Assembly (NCBI GenBank): GCA_002254405.1
Contig: NJDH01000003.1
Span: 5,080-69,079, forward strand
Source of the DNA: Candidatus Altiarchaeales archaeon ex4484_96
Lineage (GTDB): Archaea > Altiarchaeota > Altiarchaeia > IMC4 > QMZM01
Reading direction: 5' to 3'
Length of the DNA: 64,000 nt
This document shows, one piece after another, positions 1 through 9,525 of the stretch; the first letter of the stretch is position 1, and every line of letters begins with the position of its first letter. A program made the translations under genes and the position numbers. The notes beneath the pieces were generated by a model. The model was not told the origin of the DNA. It searched no databases and was given only the letters and a program-made list of their open reading frames with translations.

Positions 1-949
1 CCTGGTTGATTTATTCAGCCCCACGTATTCATCTGGGCTCTCTTGGACCTGCGCGAGCGGGACCGAGAGTGACATAATTGATTTAATAAACTATACCCTT
101 TGCACGGTTAAGAATGTTCTTGTGGCGGTGGCGGGTTTAATCGCTACCATTGCTTTGATAGCCTCCGCTTTCATCTGGATTACCTCGGGCAGCCCGGAGG
201 CGAGGGCGTCTGCGAAATATGCCTCTATTGTGGCTATTATGGGCTTGATTGTGGCTATTGTTGGTCTGCAGTATCTTGGCACCGTATTTGGCGGGTCTGC
301 TTTGTCGTTTACCTGTGGTGTTGGAGTAACACCCTCTAATATTGTTTCTCTTGTTGAGAATGTTTTGTGCATAATCTATAATGTTCTTCGTTCGGTTGTG
401 GCTGTTGTTGCGGCGATTATGGTGTTGTTTGGTGGTTTCATGTTTATTAGCTCAGATAGCGACCGCGATAGGGCCCGGGGCAAGAACATGGTTGCTGCGG
501 CGATTATCGGCTTTATTATTGCCTTGATTGCGATACAGTTCATCCAGGCTGTTGTTACCCAAGCAGGCATGGGGGTATCAACGTGTGATGATGCCTACAA
601 GCTCTGTGTGGATGATTGTATCGACAACCACGGGGAGCCAAGCCCCATACCCGGCGGAGGCGGCGGCACGACGACCACCACAGCTACGACCACCACCACC
701 GGTGTTACAACCACAACGTTAAGTTGCATACAAGTTTGTGCCGCCGTCGGCTCCTGCGGTGACGCACCATATGCTTGTGGTCAAGCATCATATTGTATGG
801 TTGGTTCAGCGGGTTGTGACATATCTGTGGGTATTCCTGGGGCTTGTACAGGACCTACCTTCACGCTAACGCACACTCCAGCCGGCGATGCTTGGTGTGA
901 AGCACAATCCTATGCTGGTCCTGGCTATCAATGTTGTTGTTGTCCGTAA
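1..949 (+). CDS. Membrane protein, 5'-truncated by window edge (frame open to nt 2). It has two copies of the helix-loop-helix module (..AFIWITSGSPEARASAKY.. and ..FMFISSDSDRDRARGKNM..), a Thr-rich linker, and a Cys-rich C-terminal domain ending CCCCP
   Basis: Back-translation of frame 2 from nt 122 to nt 2 has no stop, so the ORF listed at 122 continues upstream. The hydrophobic helices and SDS-x-x-R-x-x-A-K loop match the repeats of the next gene. The poly-Thr tract is encoded around 652-716. The last 80 aa contain 12 Cys. Confidence 0.6.
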   Translation, partial: LVDLFSPTYSSGLSWTCASGTESDIIDLINYTLCTVKNVLVAVAGLIATIALIASAFIWITSGSPEARASAKYASIVAIMGLIVAIVGLQYLGTVFGGSALSFTCGVGVTPSNIVSLVENVLCIIYNVLRSVVAVVAAIMVLFGGFMFISSDSDRDRARGKNMVAAAIIGFIIALIAIQFIQAVVTQAGMGVSTCDDAYKLCVDDCIDNHGEPSPIPGGGGGTTTTTATTTTTGVTTTTLSCIQVCAAVGSCGDAPYACGQASYCMVGSAGCDISVGIPGACTGPTFTLTHTPAGDAWCEAQSYAGPGYQCCCCP

Positions 950-988
950 AATGAGAAACATTAAAAAATATGGAGTTGAAATATCAAT

Positions 989-3900
989 ATGAAGGTGTTT
1001 AATAGGGTGTTTAGGTGCCAGAAACTGTTATTGTTTCTCTTAGCATTCATGCTGTTTGGCTCCATGGTATACACTGTATCAGCCCAATCTGGGTTGGATG
1101 ACTGCTTAAAGACATGTAAGAGCAGTGCGGGCGGGGAGATAATTCATCTGGTGCGCTACACCATCTGCATCATCCTTAGGTTGGTTCAGTTGTTGTGTGT
1201 TATCGCATCTGTTCTGGCAATAACCCTAGCGGGTATTATGTGGATTTCATCCGACAGCAGCAGCCAGAGAGCCCTAGCCAAAAAAATAGTGATGTTCGCT
1301 TTGCTCGGGCTTATCGTGACGATGATAGTAATCCAGCTTGTGAATGCCTTTATATCCTTTGGGATTGATACAGGAAAAATATTTGTCATAGGATGTGAGA
1401 CCACCTGGGATACAACAATATATAACCCCATAAATACTGTGGCCTGCGTTCTTTATCGGGTGCTTCAGCTGGGTGCCATACTTTTAGCTGCTGTGGTCTT
1501 GACTCTGGCGGGCATCATGTGGGTTGGCTCAGACAGCCCGGAAGACAGGATACGCGCCAGAAACATCATGGTGTATGTAGTAATAGGTTTTCTGGTGGTG
1601 AATCTGGTGCTCTTGCTTCTGGGCTCTATCATTGATTCAGCAATACCCTACACATTCGATTGTAATTTGATGGCAAATGCCCCCCCGGGGATATCAGACA
1701 CCATCACCTATGTTGCCTGCATTGGATTAAGATTATTCCAGTATTCTGCGATATTGCTTGCAGTAGCGATAGTTGCCTTATCCGGGGTCCGCTTTATTTT
1801 ATCGGATAGCCCTGAGGAACGAATCAAGGCCCGCAACATGATAGCCTACACAATAGTGGGATTTCTGGTGGTTTTCACCGCAATAGCCTTTATTAACACG
1901 GCTCTCTCTGGTGTGGTGGGCACCCTGTCTTTGAACTCAATTGACTGTTCCATAACATCCTCTGCTCCAATTGACTTAGAAAATATCCGGATGACCTTGC
2001 ATAATGTTGCCTGCATTGTGATAGTTATTGTCTACTTCGTTGCTGCAGTACTCGCATCACTTGTCATCATTCTATCGGGAATATATTTTTATTCAAGCGA
2101 CGACCCGGTTGCGAGAAACCGGGCTAAAATCCTGGCAGCGCAGACGGTTGTCGGGTTGATTATTATACTTATCGCCATGAATCTCATATCAGCTCTCTTC
2201 AGCGGTGGGGGTATTACCTCAATTGAGGATGCTACTGCTGCGATATTCACCAACAACTGTGTTGCTCAAATAGGTGCGGGCACCTTCTCAGAGCTTCTAA
2301 AAGTTACAGACCCAATAAACACGGTGTTATGTGTTATTATTACACTCTTCCAGTCGCTTTCTGCTTTGATTCTTGTCTTGGTTATTATGGCTGCCGGATT
2401 CAGGTGGGCTATCTCCGACAGCCCCGAGGACAGGCTGCAGTCCAAGAGGATGGTGGTCTATGGTATAATAGGAATACTGGTTATACTGATTTCAACAAAC
2501 ATCATCTATGCCCTGATAAGCGCCGTCTCCGGGGGGGTGATAGACGACACATTCATCGCACCCGGGATGACTGGAACCCAATGCCAGATAGCTTCTGACG
2601 AGTTGGATGATGTTCTGGACATAGTCAAGGCGTTCTTGTGTATCATCCTTCTCGGGGGTTTCTTTTTGTCGGGCATAATCATAGCCTTGATTATAGTATA
2701 TGCCGGCTTGAGGTGGATTGCATCGGACAGTCCCCAAGACCGTAATGTTGCTAAGTGGATTATCATCAAGGCCTTGATTGGGTACATCCTGATTCAGGTA
2801 GCCTCGCAGCTTGTTATGGCCTTATCCACTGCATTGGTTTCAGGGGCTTTTGGTATGGGGGGCTTCTTTGACTTCCTGGGTTCCCTATTCGGTGAGCCCT
2901 ACATCATAACCTGTTTTTATTACCTGGGTGCTGGGGGTGGAACCGATGCATTCATTGGATTGGGCATCTTGTTCGCCCAGCTGTGGTTTATCTTCTGCTA
3001 TATTCTTCGGATGCTGCAGATTGTGGCAATAGCGGCTGCTGCCATAATCATTGTGGTGGCTGGCTTGAAGTGGATTGGCTCGGATTCAACAGAGCAAAGG
3101 TCTTATGTTAAGGCCCGGGTGCTTCATGCCCTGATAGGGTTGATTATTGTCATACTCGCCACATCCATAGTGGATGCCCTCTCCCTGATAGCTTTACTAT
3201 CTGATATGGTGGATGTTATACCTATTATCGGCCCGCTGATAAGCGGGATATTCGATTCTATTCTGGTAGACTTCTTCCACGTGGATGAACTATACACTAA
3301 CCTGTGTCCCGGGTGGGTTGACATACTTGGCATATTCTTCAATGAGCAGTTGAGGTTGCTTGCCTGTATCATCATCAGGATACTTCAGGGTGTTGCCGCC
3401 ATACTCGCCACGATAGTGATACTATTATCCGGCATAGCGTGGATGAGTTCTGAAAGCTATGAGGGGCGGACTAAGGCCCGGGACCGGTTGCTTCATGCCA
3501 TAATAGGTCTGTTGATTGTTATGGTAGCCTTGCAGTTGGTTAATGTTTTTGTTGTAACCGGCTTGGATTCCGCGCTCTCCTTGGACTGTAGCGGCACAGA
3601 CACCGGAGAGGTAGTTACACTGGCTAACACGCTGGGTTGTTTGATGGTTAAAATACTTGAGTCAATAGCTGGGATGATAGCGGCCATATTGATTATTGTT
3701 GCAGGATACCGGTGGATGACATCAGAAAGCCCCGAGCAAAGAGTCAAGCAGAGGAATAGAATCATCACCATACTCGTCGGGCTCACTGTCACCATAATAG
3801 CCCTGCAGCTGGTGCAGTTATTCGTCAGCGAACATGGCTTCATGCAGATTAACCCCGAGTGTATCCCCCTTTCCATAGCTCCTGTAGACTGCAGCAGCCC

Positions 3901-4168
3901 CGCAGACGAGCTGGAGGAGGTGGTATGCACCGCCCTCTATGTTGGTTGCCTCTTCATCAGGGTGCTTATGTATATCATCGCAGCGGTTGGGTTGTTGATG
4001 ATACTATGGGCCGGTATTACCTGGATTGTCTCCGATTCACCCGCGCAAAGGACTAGGGCGAGAAACATGCTCATCTCGGTTATTATAGCATTGATGGTTA
4101 TACTGCTGGCATTGGCTTTAATAAACTACCTGGTCACCGGGACGAGGATACTGAGCTTTTATTGCTGA
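989..4168 (+). CDS. 1059-aa signal-peptide membrane protein made of 10 tandem ~100-aa units. Each unit is a Cys-containing helix, a hydrophobic helix ending A-G-x-x-W, an S-D-S-P-E-x-R-x-x-A-[KR] loop, a hydrophobic helix, then a Cys-pair linker. Function unknown
   Basis: Ten W/F-x-x-S-[DE]-S motifs recur at ~100-aa spacing (ITLAGIMWISSDSSSQRALAKK, LTLAGIMWVGSDSPEDRIRARN ... ILWAGITWIVSDSPAQRTRARN). The N-terminal signal is LLLFLLAFMLFGSMVYTVSA. Confidence 0.7.
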   Translation: MKVFNRVFRCQKLLLFLLAFMLFGSMVYTVSAQSGLDDCLKTCKSSAGGEIIHLVRYTICIILRLVQLLCVIASVLAITLAGIMWISSDSSSQRALAKKIVMFALLGLIVTMIVIQLVNAFISFGIDTGKIFVIGCETTWDTTIYNPINTVACVLYRVLQLGAILLAAVVLTLAGIMWVGSDSPEDRIRARNIMVYVVIGFLVVNLVLLLLGSIIDSAIPYTFDCNLMANAPPGISDTITYVACIGLRLFQYSAILLAVAIVALSGVRFILSDSPEERIKARNMIAYTIVGFLVVFTAIAFINTALSGVVGTLSLNSIDCSITSSAPIDLENIRMTLHNVACIVIVIVYFVAAVLASLVIILSGIYFYSSDDPVARNRAKILAAQTVVGLIIILIAMNLISALFSGGGITSIEDATAAIFTNNCVAQIGAGTFSELLKVTDPINTVLCVIITLFQSLSALILVLVIMAAGFRWAISDSPEDRLQSKRMVVYGIIGILVILISTNIIYALISAVSGGVIDDTFIAPGMTGTQCQIASDELDDVLDIVKAFLCIILLGGFFLSGIIIALIIVYAGLRWIASDSPQDRNVAKWIIIKALIGYILIQVASQLVMALSTALVSGAFGMGGFFDFLGSLFGEPYIITCFYYLGAGGGTDAFIGLGILFAQLWFIFCYILRMLQIVAIAAAAIIIVVAGLKWIGSDSTEQRSYVKARVLHALIGLIIVILATSIVDALSLIALLSDMVDVIPIIGPLISGIFDSILVDFFHVDELYTNLCPGWVDILGIFFNEQLRLLACIIIRILQGVAAILATIVILLSGIAWMSSESYEGRTKARDRLLHAIIGLLIVMVALQLVNVFVVTGLDSALSLDCSGTDTGEVVTLANTLGCLMVKILESIAGMIAAILIIVAGYRWMTSESPEQRVKQRNRIITILVGLTVTIIALQLVQLFVSEHGFMQINPECIPLSIAPVDCSSPADELEEVVCTALYVGCLFIRVLMYIIAAVGLLMILWAGITWIVSDSPAQRTRARNMLISVIIALMVILLALALINYLVTGTRILSFYC

Positions 4169-4176
4169 TTTTTTTT
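4169..4176 (+). terminator. T8 tract immediately after the stop codon of the repeat protein. It sits in a convergent gene junction
   Basis: tgattttttttatcc at 4166-4180. Archaeal terminators are oligo-T tracts. Confidence 0.3.
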
Positions 4177-5983
4177 ATCCTATGGTGTATATTAGGAGAT
4201 AGATTAGTAGTATTATCGTTAAAAGGAAAACAGCCATCCCGATGGTTATCTGCTCTTCCCTGCTGAAATGCAAGGCCTTCTGTTGCTCTATTCTTTTTTC
4301 AAACGCGCCTGCTTTATCTGAGCCAGCCATCTCAAGTACTGTGACATAAAGCATGTCCCTGAAAACCCCGATCGCGTTCACCGGGTTCTTGGTGAACCAA
4401 AGAAAAATGTATGCTGTTCTGGAGGCTGTATCATCTATTTTTTTGGCATAATAGGTGAGGGGTTTCTCACAATACCACATAAATCCTTTCGCAAGTTTCC
4501 GGTAAAACCAGTCTGTGTCCAGTGATATGGTGTTTTTTCTTTTAAGCAGCGGGAGCATCACGAAAAAAGCAAGAGCTGAATAAAATAATAGCTCAAGCTG
4601 CTGCACGACGTGGTCTATTGTGTAGGCGTTGTATTCGATTTGAGCGGGCAGAATATTATACAACAGCTGCGGGTACACTCCCAGAAGTATGCAAAGGAAT
4701 GCTGCTCCTCCCATAGCATAAAGCATGTTTTTCGGGGGCTCTGTTGTTCTGATGCCTGAGTCTTTGGCGAAAAACACAAAATAAGGGAATTTTATCCCCG
4801 CATGAAGGAATACTCCTGCTGAGGCAAGCTGCAGCAGCATGAACACAGGTATCAGATGCTGGTTGGCTGCGGCTGATATTATCATGGATTTGGTTGTGAA
4901 ACCGCTGAATAGCGGGAACGCAGATATGGATGCCGCCCCTATGAGGCAGAATATTAATGTCAACGGCATGCTCTTGTATAGTCCCCCCAGCTCGGTGCAT
5001 TTTCTTTTGCCGGTCATGTATAATACTGCTCCAGCAGACATCCAAAGCAGCCCCTTGTATAATATGTGGCCGAACGCGTGTGCTGTGGAGCCGTTGAGTG
5101 AGAGCGCTGTTCCGATGCCTACGCCTGCGACCATAAACCCTACCTGGTTTATTATGCTGTAGGCGAGTATCCTGCGCATGTCGTTTTCCAGGATAGCGTA
5201 TATTATGCCGTATATTGACATTATTGTTCCCAGCCAGATTAGTATCTCCCACCCGGGGTATCCTCTTATGAGAACGTATACTGCTGTTTTGGTTGTGAAG
5301 GCGCTCAGGAACACGGCCCCGGTTACAGTGCCCTCGGGGTACGCATCAGATAACCATGCATGCAGCGGCGGAACAGCTGCATTAACAAGGAACCCAAGGA
5401 GTATAAGATTTGATGATAGCATTCCGCTGTCAGCCGCATCGAATGCGATTGAACCTGTTTGGGCTACCTGCATTATTATGCCAGCCAGCAGCACGGAGCC
5501 TCCGAATGCGTGCACCATGATGTATCTATATCCTGCCTTCCTTGAGGGTTCATCTCTTTTGTACCATATCAGCATAAGGGATGCGAGCGCCATAATCTCC
5601 CAGCAGATGAATAAAGTGAAGTAGTCTCCTGTGAAAACCACACCCAAAGCGCTTCCAACGTAAAGCAGTGCTGAAATATGCTGTCCGTCATCGTCCAGGT
5701 GCAGGGAGTATACCATCCCAAGTGTGGCCATTAACGTGAAAATGTATCCAAAGCACAGGCTTAGGTTGTCTACTCTGCCGAATATCAGCTCATAGCCCAG
5801 GAAATCAAATCCCCAGTGTGCTCCGTGTGGTAGAAACATTAGGCTGATGAAGGCTGCTGCGGGTATTAATACGAGAACTGCTTTCTTTAGCTTGCCTCCG
5901 AAAAGCGGGATGAGGGAAGCACCCAAAACTAAGATTATTCCTGGGTGGATTCCGCTGTTCAAAAGTGATGATAGCTCACTCAT
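4175..5983 (-). CDS. Mrp/Mbh antiporter large subunit. It is MrpA/NuoL-family and lacks the MrpB-like C-terminal extension
   Basis: 602 aa with about 14 TM segments. It is the NuoL/MrpA-like proton-pumping antiporter family, and it is the last gene of the mrp cluster. Confidence 0.8.
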   Translation of the reverse strand: MSELSSLLNSGIHPGIILVLGASLIPLFGGKLKKAVLVLIPAAAFISLMFLPHGAHWGFDFLGYELIFGRVDNLSLCFGYIFTLMATLGMVYSLHLDDDGQHISALLYVGSALGVVFTGDYFTLFICWEIMALASLMLIWYKRDEPSRKAGYRYIMVHAFGGSVLLAGIIMQVAQTGSIAFDAADSGMLSSNLILLGFLVNAAVPPLHAWLSDAYPEGTVTGAVFLSAFTTKTAVYVLIRGYPGWEILIWLGTIMSIYGIIYAILENDMRRILAYSIINQVGFMVAGVGIGTALSLNGSTAHAFGHILYKGLLWMSAGAVLYMTGKRKCTELGGLYKSMPLTLIFCLIGAASISAFPLFSGFTTKSMIISAAANQHLIPVFMLLQLASAGVFLHAGIKFPYFVFFAKDSGIRTTEPPKNMLYAMGGAAFLCILLGVYPQLLYNILPAQIEYNAYTIDHVVQQLELLFYSALAFFVMLPLLKRKNTISLDTDWFYRKLAKGFMWYCEKPLTYYAKKIDDTASRTAYIFLWFTKNPVNAIGVFRDMLYVTVLEMAGSDKAGAFEKRIEQQKALHFSREEQITIGMAVFLLTIILLIYLLIYTIG

Positions 5984-6203
5984 AGTATTCCTCCCTTTTC
6001 TGCAGCCATATGCCCAGTAACTTGGATACGAGTACTATTAGCACGCAGCTTAGGAAACCGTATATTGAGTAGAAACCGGGAAGTGCCTCCCATGAGACGA
6101 CGATATGGTGTTTGGGTATGAGCAGATCCGCTAGATAGATTAATACGAGAGATGCGATAAACATTTTTTTCAGGTTCCCGTATGTGAGTATTTTATTTAT
6201 CAT
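5976..6203 (-). CDS. Small membrane subunit associated with the Mrp cluster. The start is probably at the internal Met, giving 75 aa
   Basis: A hydrophobic 2-TM protein lying between the MrpD-like and MrpA-like genes. The ATG at 6201-6203 abuts the upstream stop at 6205. Confidence 0.4.
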   Translation of the reverse strand: MINKILTYGNLKKMFIASLVLIYLADLLIPKHHIVVSWEALPGFYSIYGFLSCVLIVLVSKLLGIWLQKREEYYE

Positions 6204-6204
6204 A

Positions 6205-7686
6205 TCATATGCCTCCGAATATGTTTTTTGCCATGAGCTCAACAAGCCCGTAGAAGAACCCGGGTGCATCAGGCCATAAACCGAGTATAATCGATATTGC
6301 TGCTGTCAGGGTTAAAGGTATGAGCATGAGTGCTGGTGCCTCATTCTTTTTTGTTTTGGTTTTTGCTTGCTTAAAGTAGGCACGGTATATTATCGGGAAA
6401 AAATAGGCGACGTTAAGCAGCGCGCTTGAGAGCAAAACCGCGACCAAGGGCAGCTGGTTTGCTTCAACAGAGCCTAAAAGCAGATACCATTTGCTGAGGT
6501 ATCCGCAGACGGGCGGGAAACCCGCCATACCAAAAGCAGCTATGCTGAAGGCGGCCATGGTGTAAGGCATGCTTTTGCCTATGCCGTCCAGCTCGCTTAT
6601 GTTTTTCTTTTTTGTTGCCACATATATTGCTCCGGCGCAGAAAAACAATGTTATCTTCATGAAGGCATGGTGTGCGATATGCATGACCCCGCCAAAAAGC
6701 CCTGCTGGGTTGACGTATGCCGCCCCAAGGATGATGTATGACAGCTGGCTTATGGTGGAGTAGGCTAGCATCTTTTTCAGGTTATCCTGCGTTAACGCAA
6801 ACATTGAGGCCACGAGTATTGTGTAGGCTACGAAATAGGCTAGTGGTATGCCCACGCCCAGCTTGGATACGAGTGTGGGTCCGAAGACGAAAAATATTGT
6901 TCTCACCACGCCGAATACGCCGGCTTTCACAACCGCTACCGCATGCAGTAGTGCGCTAACCGGTGTTGGGGCTACCATGGCTGATGGAAGCCAGGAGTGC
7001 AGTGGCATGAAAGCCGCCTTCACACCAAAGCCTACGATGTATGCTGCGAACAGTATCTGCAGGCCTAATACGCTGCCGTATCCGTATAGGAAACCCCCTG
7101 GTGTGAAACCCAGCGATCCTGTCAACGAGTATGTTGCTATTATGGCGAAAAGCAATACAACCCCTCCGCTGAGGGTGTAGACGAGGTATTTTCTGCCCGC
7201 TGATTTGGCTTTGGCGCTCTGTTTGTGTATGACAAGAGGGTATGTTATGAGGGTCAGTATCTCGTAGAACACGAAAAGCGTCAGCAGGTTGGCTGCGAAG
7301 GCAACCCCTATTGTTGAGGATAATGCTATTGCAAAGGATGCGAAGTATCGGGTCTGGGCGTGTTCGGCAAGTCCTCTCACGTACCCTATCGAATAAACTG
7401 ATGTCAGAATCCAAAGAAACGATGCGAGCACACCGAAAAGCAGGCCGAAGGCGTCAACCCTGAATGCGAAGGGTATCCCTGGCAGTATGTTGAATAGCTT
7501 ATAGTATATGTTGTTTCCCTCTAAAACAGCGGGTATCATTGATGCTATTATTATGAACTTTAATGTGGCTGCTATCATGGTCCATGTTTCGCGCAGGTTT
7601 CTTTTTTTATCGCTTAATAAAATCAGCACCGAGGCTGCCGCTGATATGAAAACAGCTAGCAGGGGCTTGATTGATATTACATCCAT
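6205..7686 (-). CDS. mrpD: Mrp antiporter subunit D-like (NuoM/N family), paralog 2
   Basis: 493 aa polytopic protein with NuoM/N-type conserved core segments (e.g. the ..WLPxAM..P.P.SAL.H.. region). Confidence 0.8.
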   Translation of the reverse strand: MDVISIKPLLAVFISAAASVLILLSDKKRNLRETWTMIAATLKFIIIASMIPAVLEGNNIYYKLFNILPGIPFAFRVDAFGLLFGVLASFLWILTSVYSIGYVRGLAEHAQTRYFASFAIALSSTIGVAFAANLLTLFVFYEILTLITYPLVIHKQSAKAKSAGRKYLVYTLSGGVVLLFAIIATYSLTGSLGFTPGGFLYGYGSVLGLQILFAAYIVGFGVKAAFMPLHSWLPSAMVAPTPVSALLHAVAVVKAGVFGVVRTIFFVFGPTLVSKLGVGIPLAYFVAYTILVASMFALTQDNLKKMLAYSTISQLSYIILGAAYVNPAGLFGGVMHIAHHAFMKITLFFCAGAIYVATKKKNISELDGIGKSMPYTMAAFSIAAFGMAGFPPVCGYLSKWYLLLGSVEANQLPLVAVLLSSALLNVAYFFPIIYRAYFKQAKTKTKKNEAPALMLIPLTLTAAISIILGLWPDAPGFFYGLVELMAKNIFGGI

Positions 7687-7696
7687 CTTTTTTTTT

Positions 7697-9163
7697 TTAT
7701 TGAATCAATGATATTGCCGTGTATTGCACATAGGGTAGTATCATGTAAACCAGTATCCCGAATACTATGCACGCTGCCGCTAATACCAGCATGGGTATTA
7801 GCATGCTTGCTGGAGCTATTGTTTTATCTATTTTATTTTGTTCCCCGAAGTATGCTTTCTCAAGAACCCTGAAGAAGTACCCGGCGTTTAATAGGCTGCT
7901 TGATAGTATCACGAGCGCGAAAATCCATCTGCCGGCTTCGATTGAGCCGAGAGCAAGATACCACTTGCTAAAAAAACCGCAAAGCGGCGGTACTCCGACC
8001 ATGGAAAGTGAGGCGATGGCGAAAAAAGCCATGGTGTAAGGCATTTTTTTCCCTAGGCCGTTGAAGTCCCCTATGTTTTTTATCCCTGTCTTGTATATGA
8101 TTGCTCCAACAGCCAGAAACAGGCACCCCTTCATCAGCGCATGGTTTAGTATGTGCAGGAGGCTTCCGGTCAACCCGGCTGTGTTAGCTAATCCTATGCC
8201 CAATACAATGTATCCTATCTGGCTTATGCTGCTGTAGGCGAGCATTCTTTTGATGTTTTTCTGGGCTATTGCGCTTATGGAGCCGGCTATTATGGCTATG
8301 GCGGCCGTCCATGAGAGTATTTCTCCGACAGGCATGGTTTCGATAAAAAAGTTTATAGTGAAAACATCATAGAGTAATCTTATCATCATGTATGCGCCTA
8401 CCTTGGACATGAGGGCGGCTATTAGGGCGCTCACCGTTGATGGGGCGTGGGTGTATGCGTTGGGCAGCCAGCTGTGAAGCGGGAAGAGCGCTATTTTTAT
8501 GCTTAAGCCTACGACTATCAGTACCGCGGCTGCGTGAACAACCCTTGAGCCGTAGAGTTCCTCAAGATGAAGCGACATGTCTGCCATGTTTAGTGTGCCT
8601 GTTACGGCATATAGGAATCCGATACCGATGAGGATGAATGAGGCCGCTATTGTTCCCAGTATAAGGTACTTGAAGCTTGCTGTAAGCGCCTGTCTTTTTT
8701 CTCCCAGGGCTATGAGAGCGTAAGCGGATAGCGAGCTTATCTCAAGGAAAACATACAGGTTGAATATGTCGCCTGTTACGACGATACCCAGCAATCCCGT
8801 CAGAAGCAGCATATGCAGCGTATAGTAGAATACAAGATTTTTGTTTAGTTCTTTTTCTATGCTTTTCTTGGAGTACACGCTTATGGATAATCCGATGAAG
8901 GCTATGATTGCAGCCATATAAGCTCCGAGGTTGTCTATGACATATTCTATGCCCCAGGGGGGCTCCCAGTTCCCCAGGTGATAGCTTAAAGTCCCGTGTA
9001 ATGTAACGTTTTTGATTAGCATTATTGCCAGGATGAAAACAGCCGAGGTTGCTATAAACGATAGGATATGGCAGTATCTTCTGCGTATTAAACCCACAAC
9101 AGGCATTATGAATGAGCTCATCAGGGGTATTATGACTATGAGTACCGGGAGGTTTGTGTTCAT
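7697..9163 (-). CDS. mrpD: Mrp antiporter subunit D-like (NuoM/N family), paralog 1
   Basis: 488 aa. Contains HSWLPNAYTHAPSTVSALIAALMSKVG and is homologous to the adjacent paralog. Confidence 0.8.
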   Translation of the reverse strand: MNTNLPVLIVIIPLMSSFIMPVVGLIRRRYCHILSFIATSAVFILAIMLIKNVTLHGTLSYHLGNWEPPWGIEYVIDNLGAYMAAIIAFIGLSISVYSKKSIEKELNKNLVFYYTLHMLLLTGLLGIVVTGDIFNLYVFLEISSLSAYALIALGEKRQALTASFKYLILGTIAASFILIGIGFLYAVTGTLNMADMSLHLEELYGSRVVHAAAVLIVVGLSIKIALFPLHSWLPNAYTHAPSTVSALIAALMSKVGAYMMIRLLYDVFTINFFIETMPVGEILSWTAAIAIIAGSISAIAQKNIKRMLAYSSISQIGYIVLGIGLANTAGLTGSLLHILNHALMKGCLFLAVGAIIYKTGIKNIGDFNGLGKKMPYTMAFFAIASLSMVGVPPLCGFFSKWYLALGSIEAGRWIFALVILSSSLLNAGYFFRVLEKAYFGEQNKIDKTIAPASMLIPMLVLAAACIVFGILVYMILPYVQYTAISLIQ

Positions 9164-9525
9164 TGGTTTGCCTCCATTATTTTGTCTTCGTCCAGTGTCC
9201 TGTATTCCTGGTATATCTTGATTATTATTGTGAGAGCTACTGCTGTGGTGCTAACCGAAACCACGATGGCTGTCAGAATCAGCACTTGGGGGAGTGGGTT
9301 TACGTATCCTGTCGCGTGCTCGACCAGTATGGGGGCCGAAAGCTCCTTGATGTATCCCGCGGATATGTAAAACAGGAAGATGGCTGTCTGCATTATGTTC
9401 ATGCCGATAATCTTTTTTATCAGGTTTTTTTTGGATGTCATGGCATAGAATCCTATGACCACCAATAAAACGAAAACCCAGTAATTGTATTTACCAATTA
9501 TCCATTCCAGCTCCAATTCTCTCAC
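9160..9525 (-). CDS. mrpC: Mrp antiporter subunit C (NuoK-like)
   Basis: 121 aa with 3 TM segments. Its position and the NuoK/MnhC-like sequence support the call. Confidence 0.75.
   Translation of the reverse strand: MRELELEWIIGKYNYWVFVLLVVIGFYAMTSKKNLIKKIIGMNIMQTAIFLFYISAGYIKELSAPILVEHATGYVNPLPQVLILTAIVVSVSTTAVALTIIIKIYQEYRTLDEDKIMEANQ

Noticed and set aside
122-949. Treating the listed ORF start at 122 as the true start of the first gene
   Set aside because: The frame is open through nt 2, and the upstream translation continues the repeat-unit pattern (DLINYTLCTVKNVL...). So the gene is truncated by the window edge.
4656-5252. 198-aa antisense ORF inside the MrpA-like gene. Similar cases are 4839-5162 and 5178-5624 (+), 6956-7414, 26589-27245, 34661-35053, 47125-47748 and 62533-62895
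   Set aside because: These lie entirely within much longer ORFs that have clear family motifs. Their translations are low-complexity Arg/Pro/Ser-rich sequences typical of wrong-frame readings.
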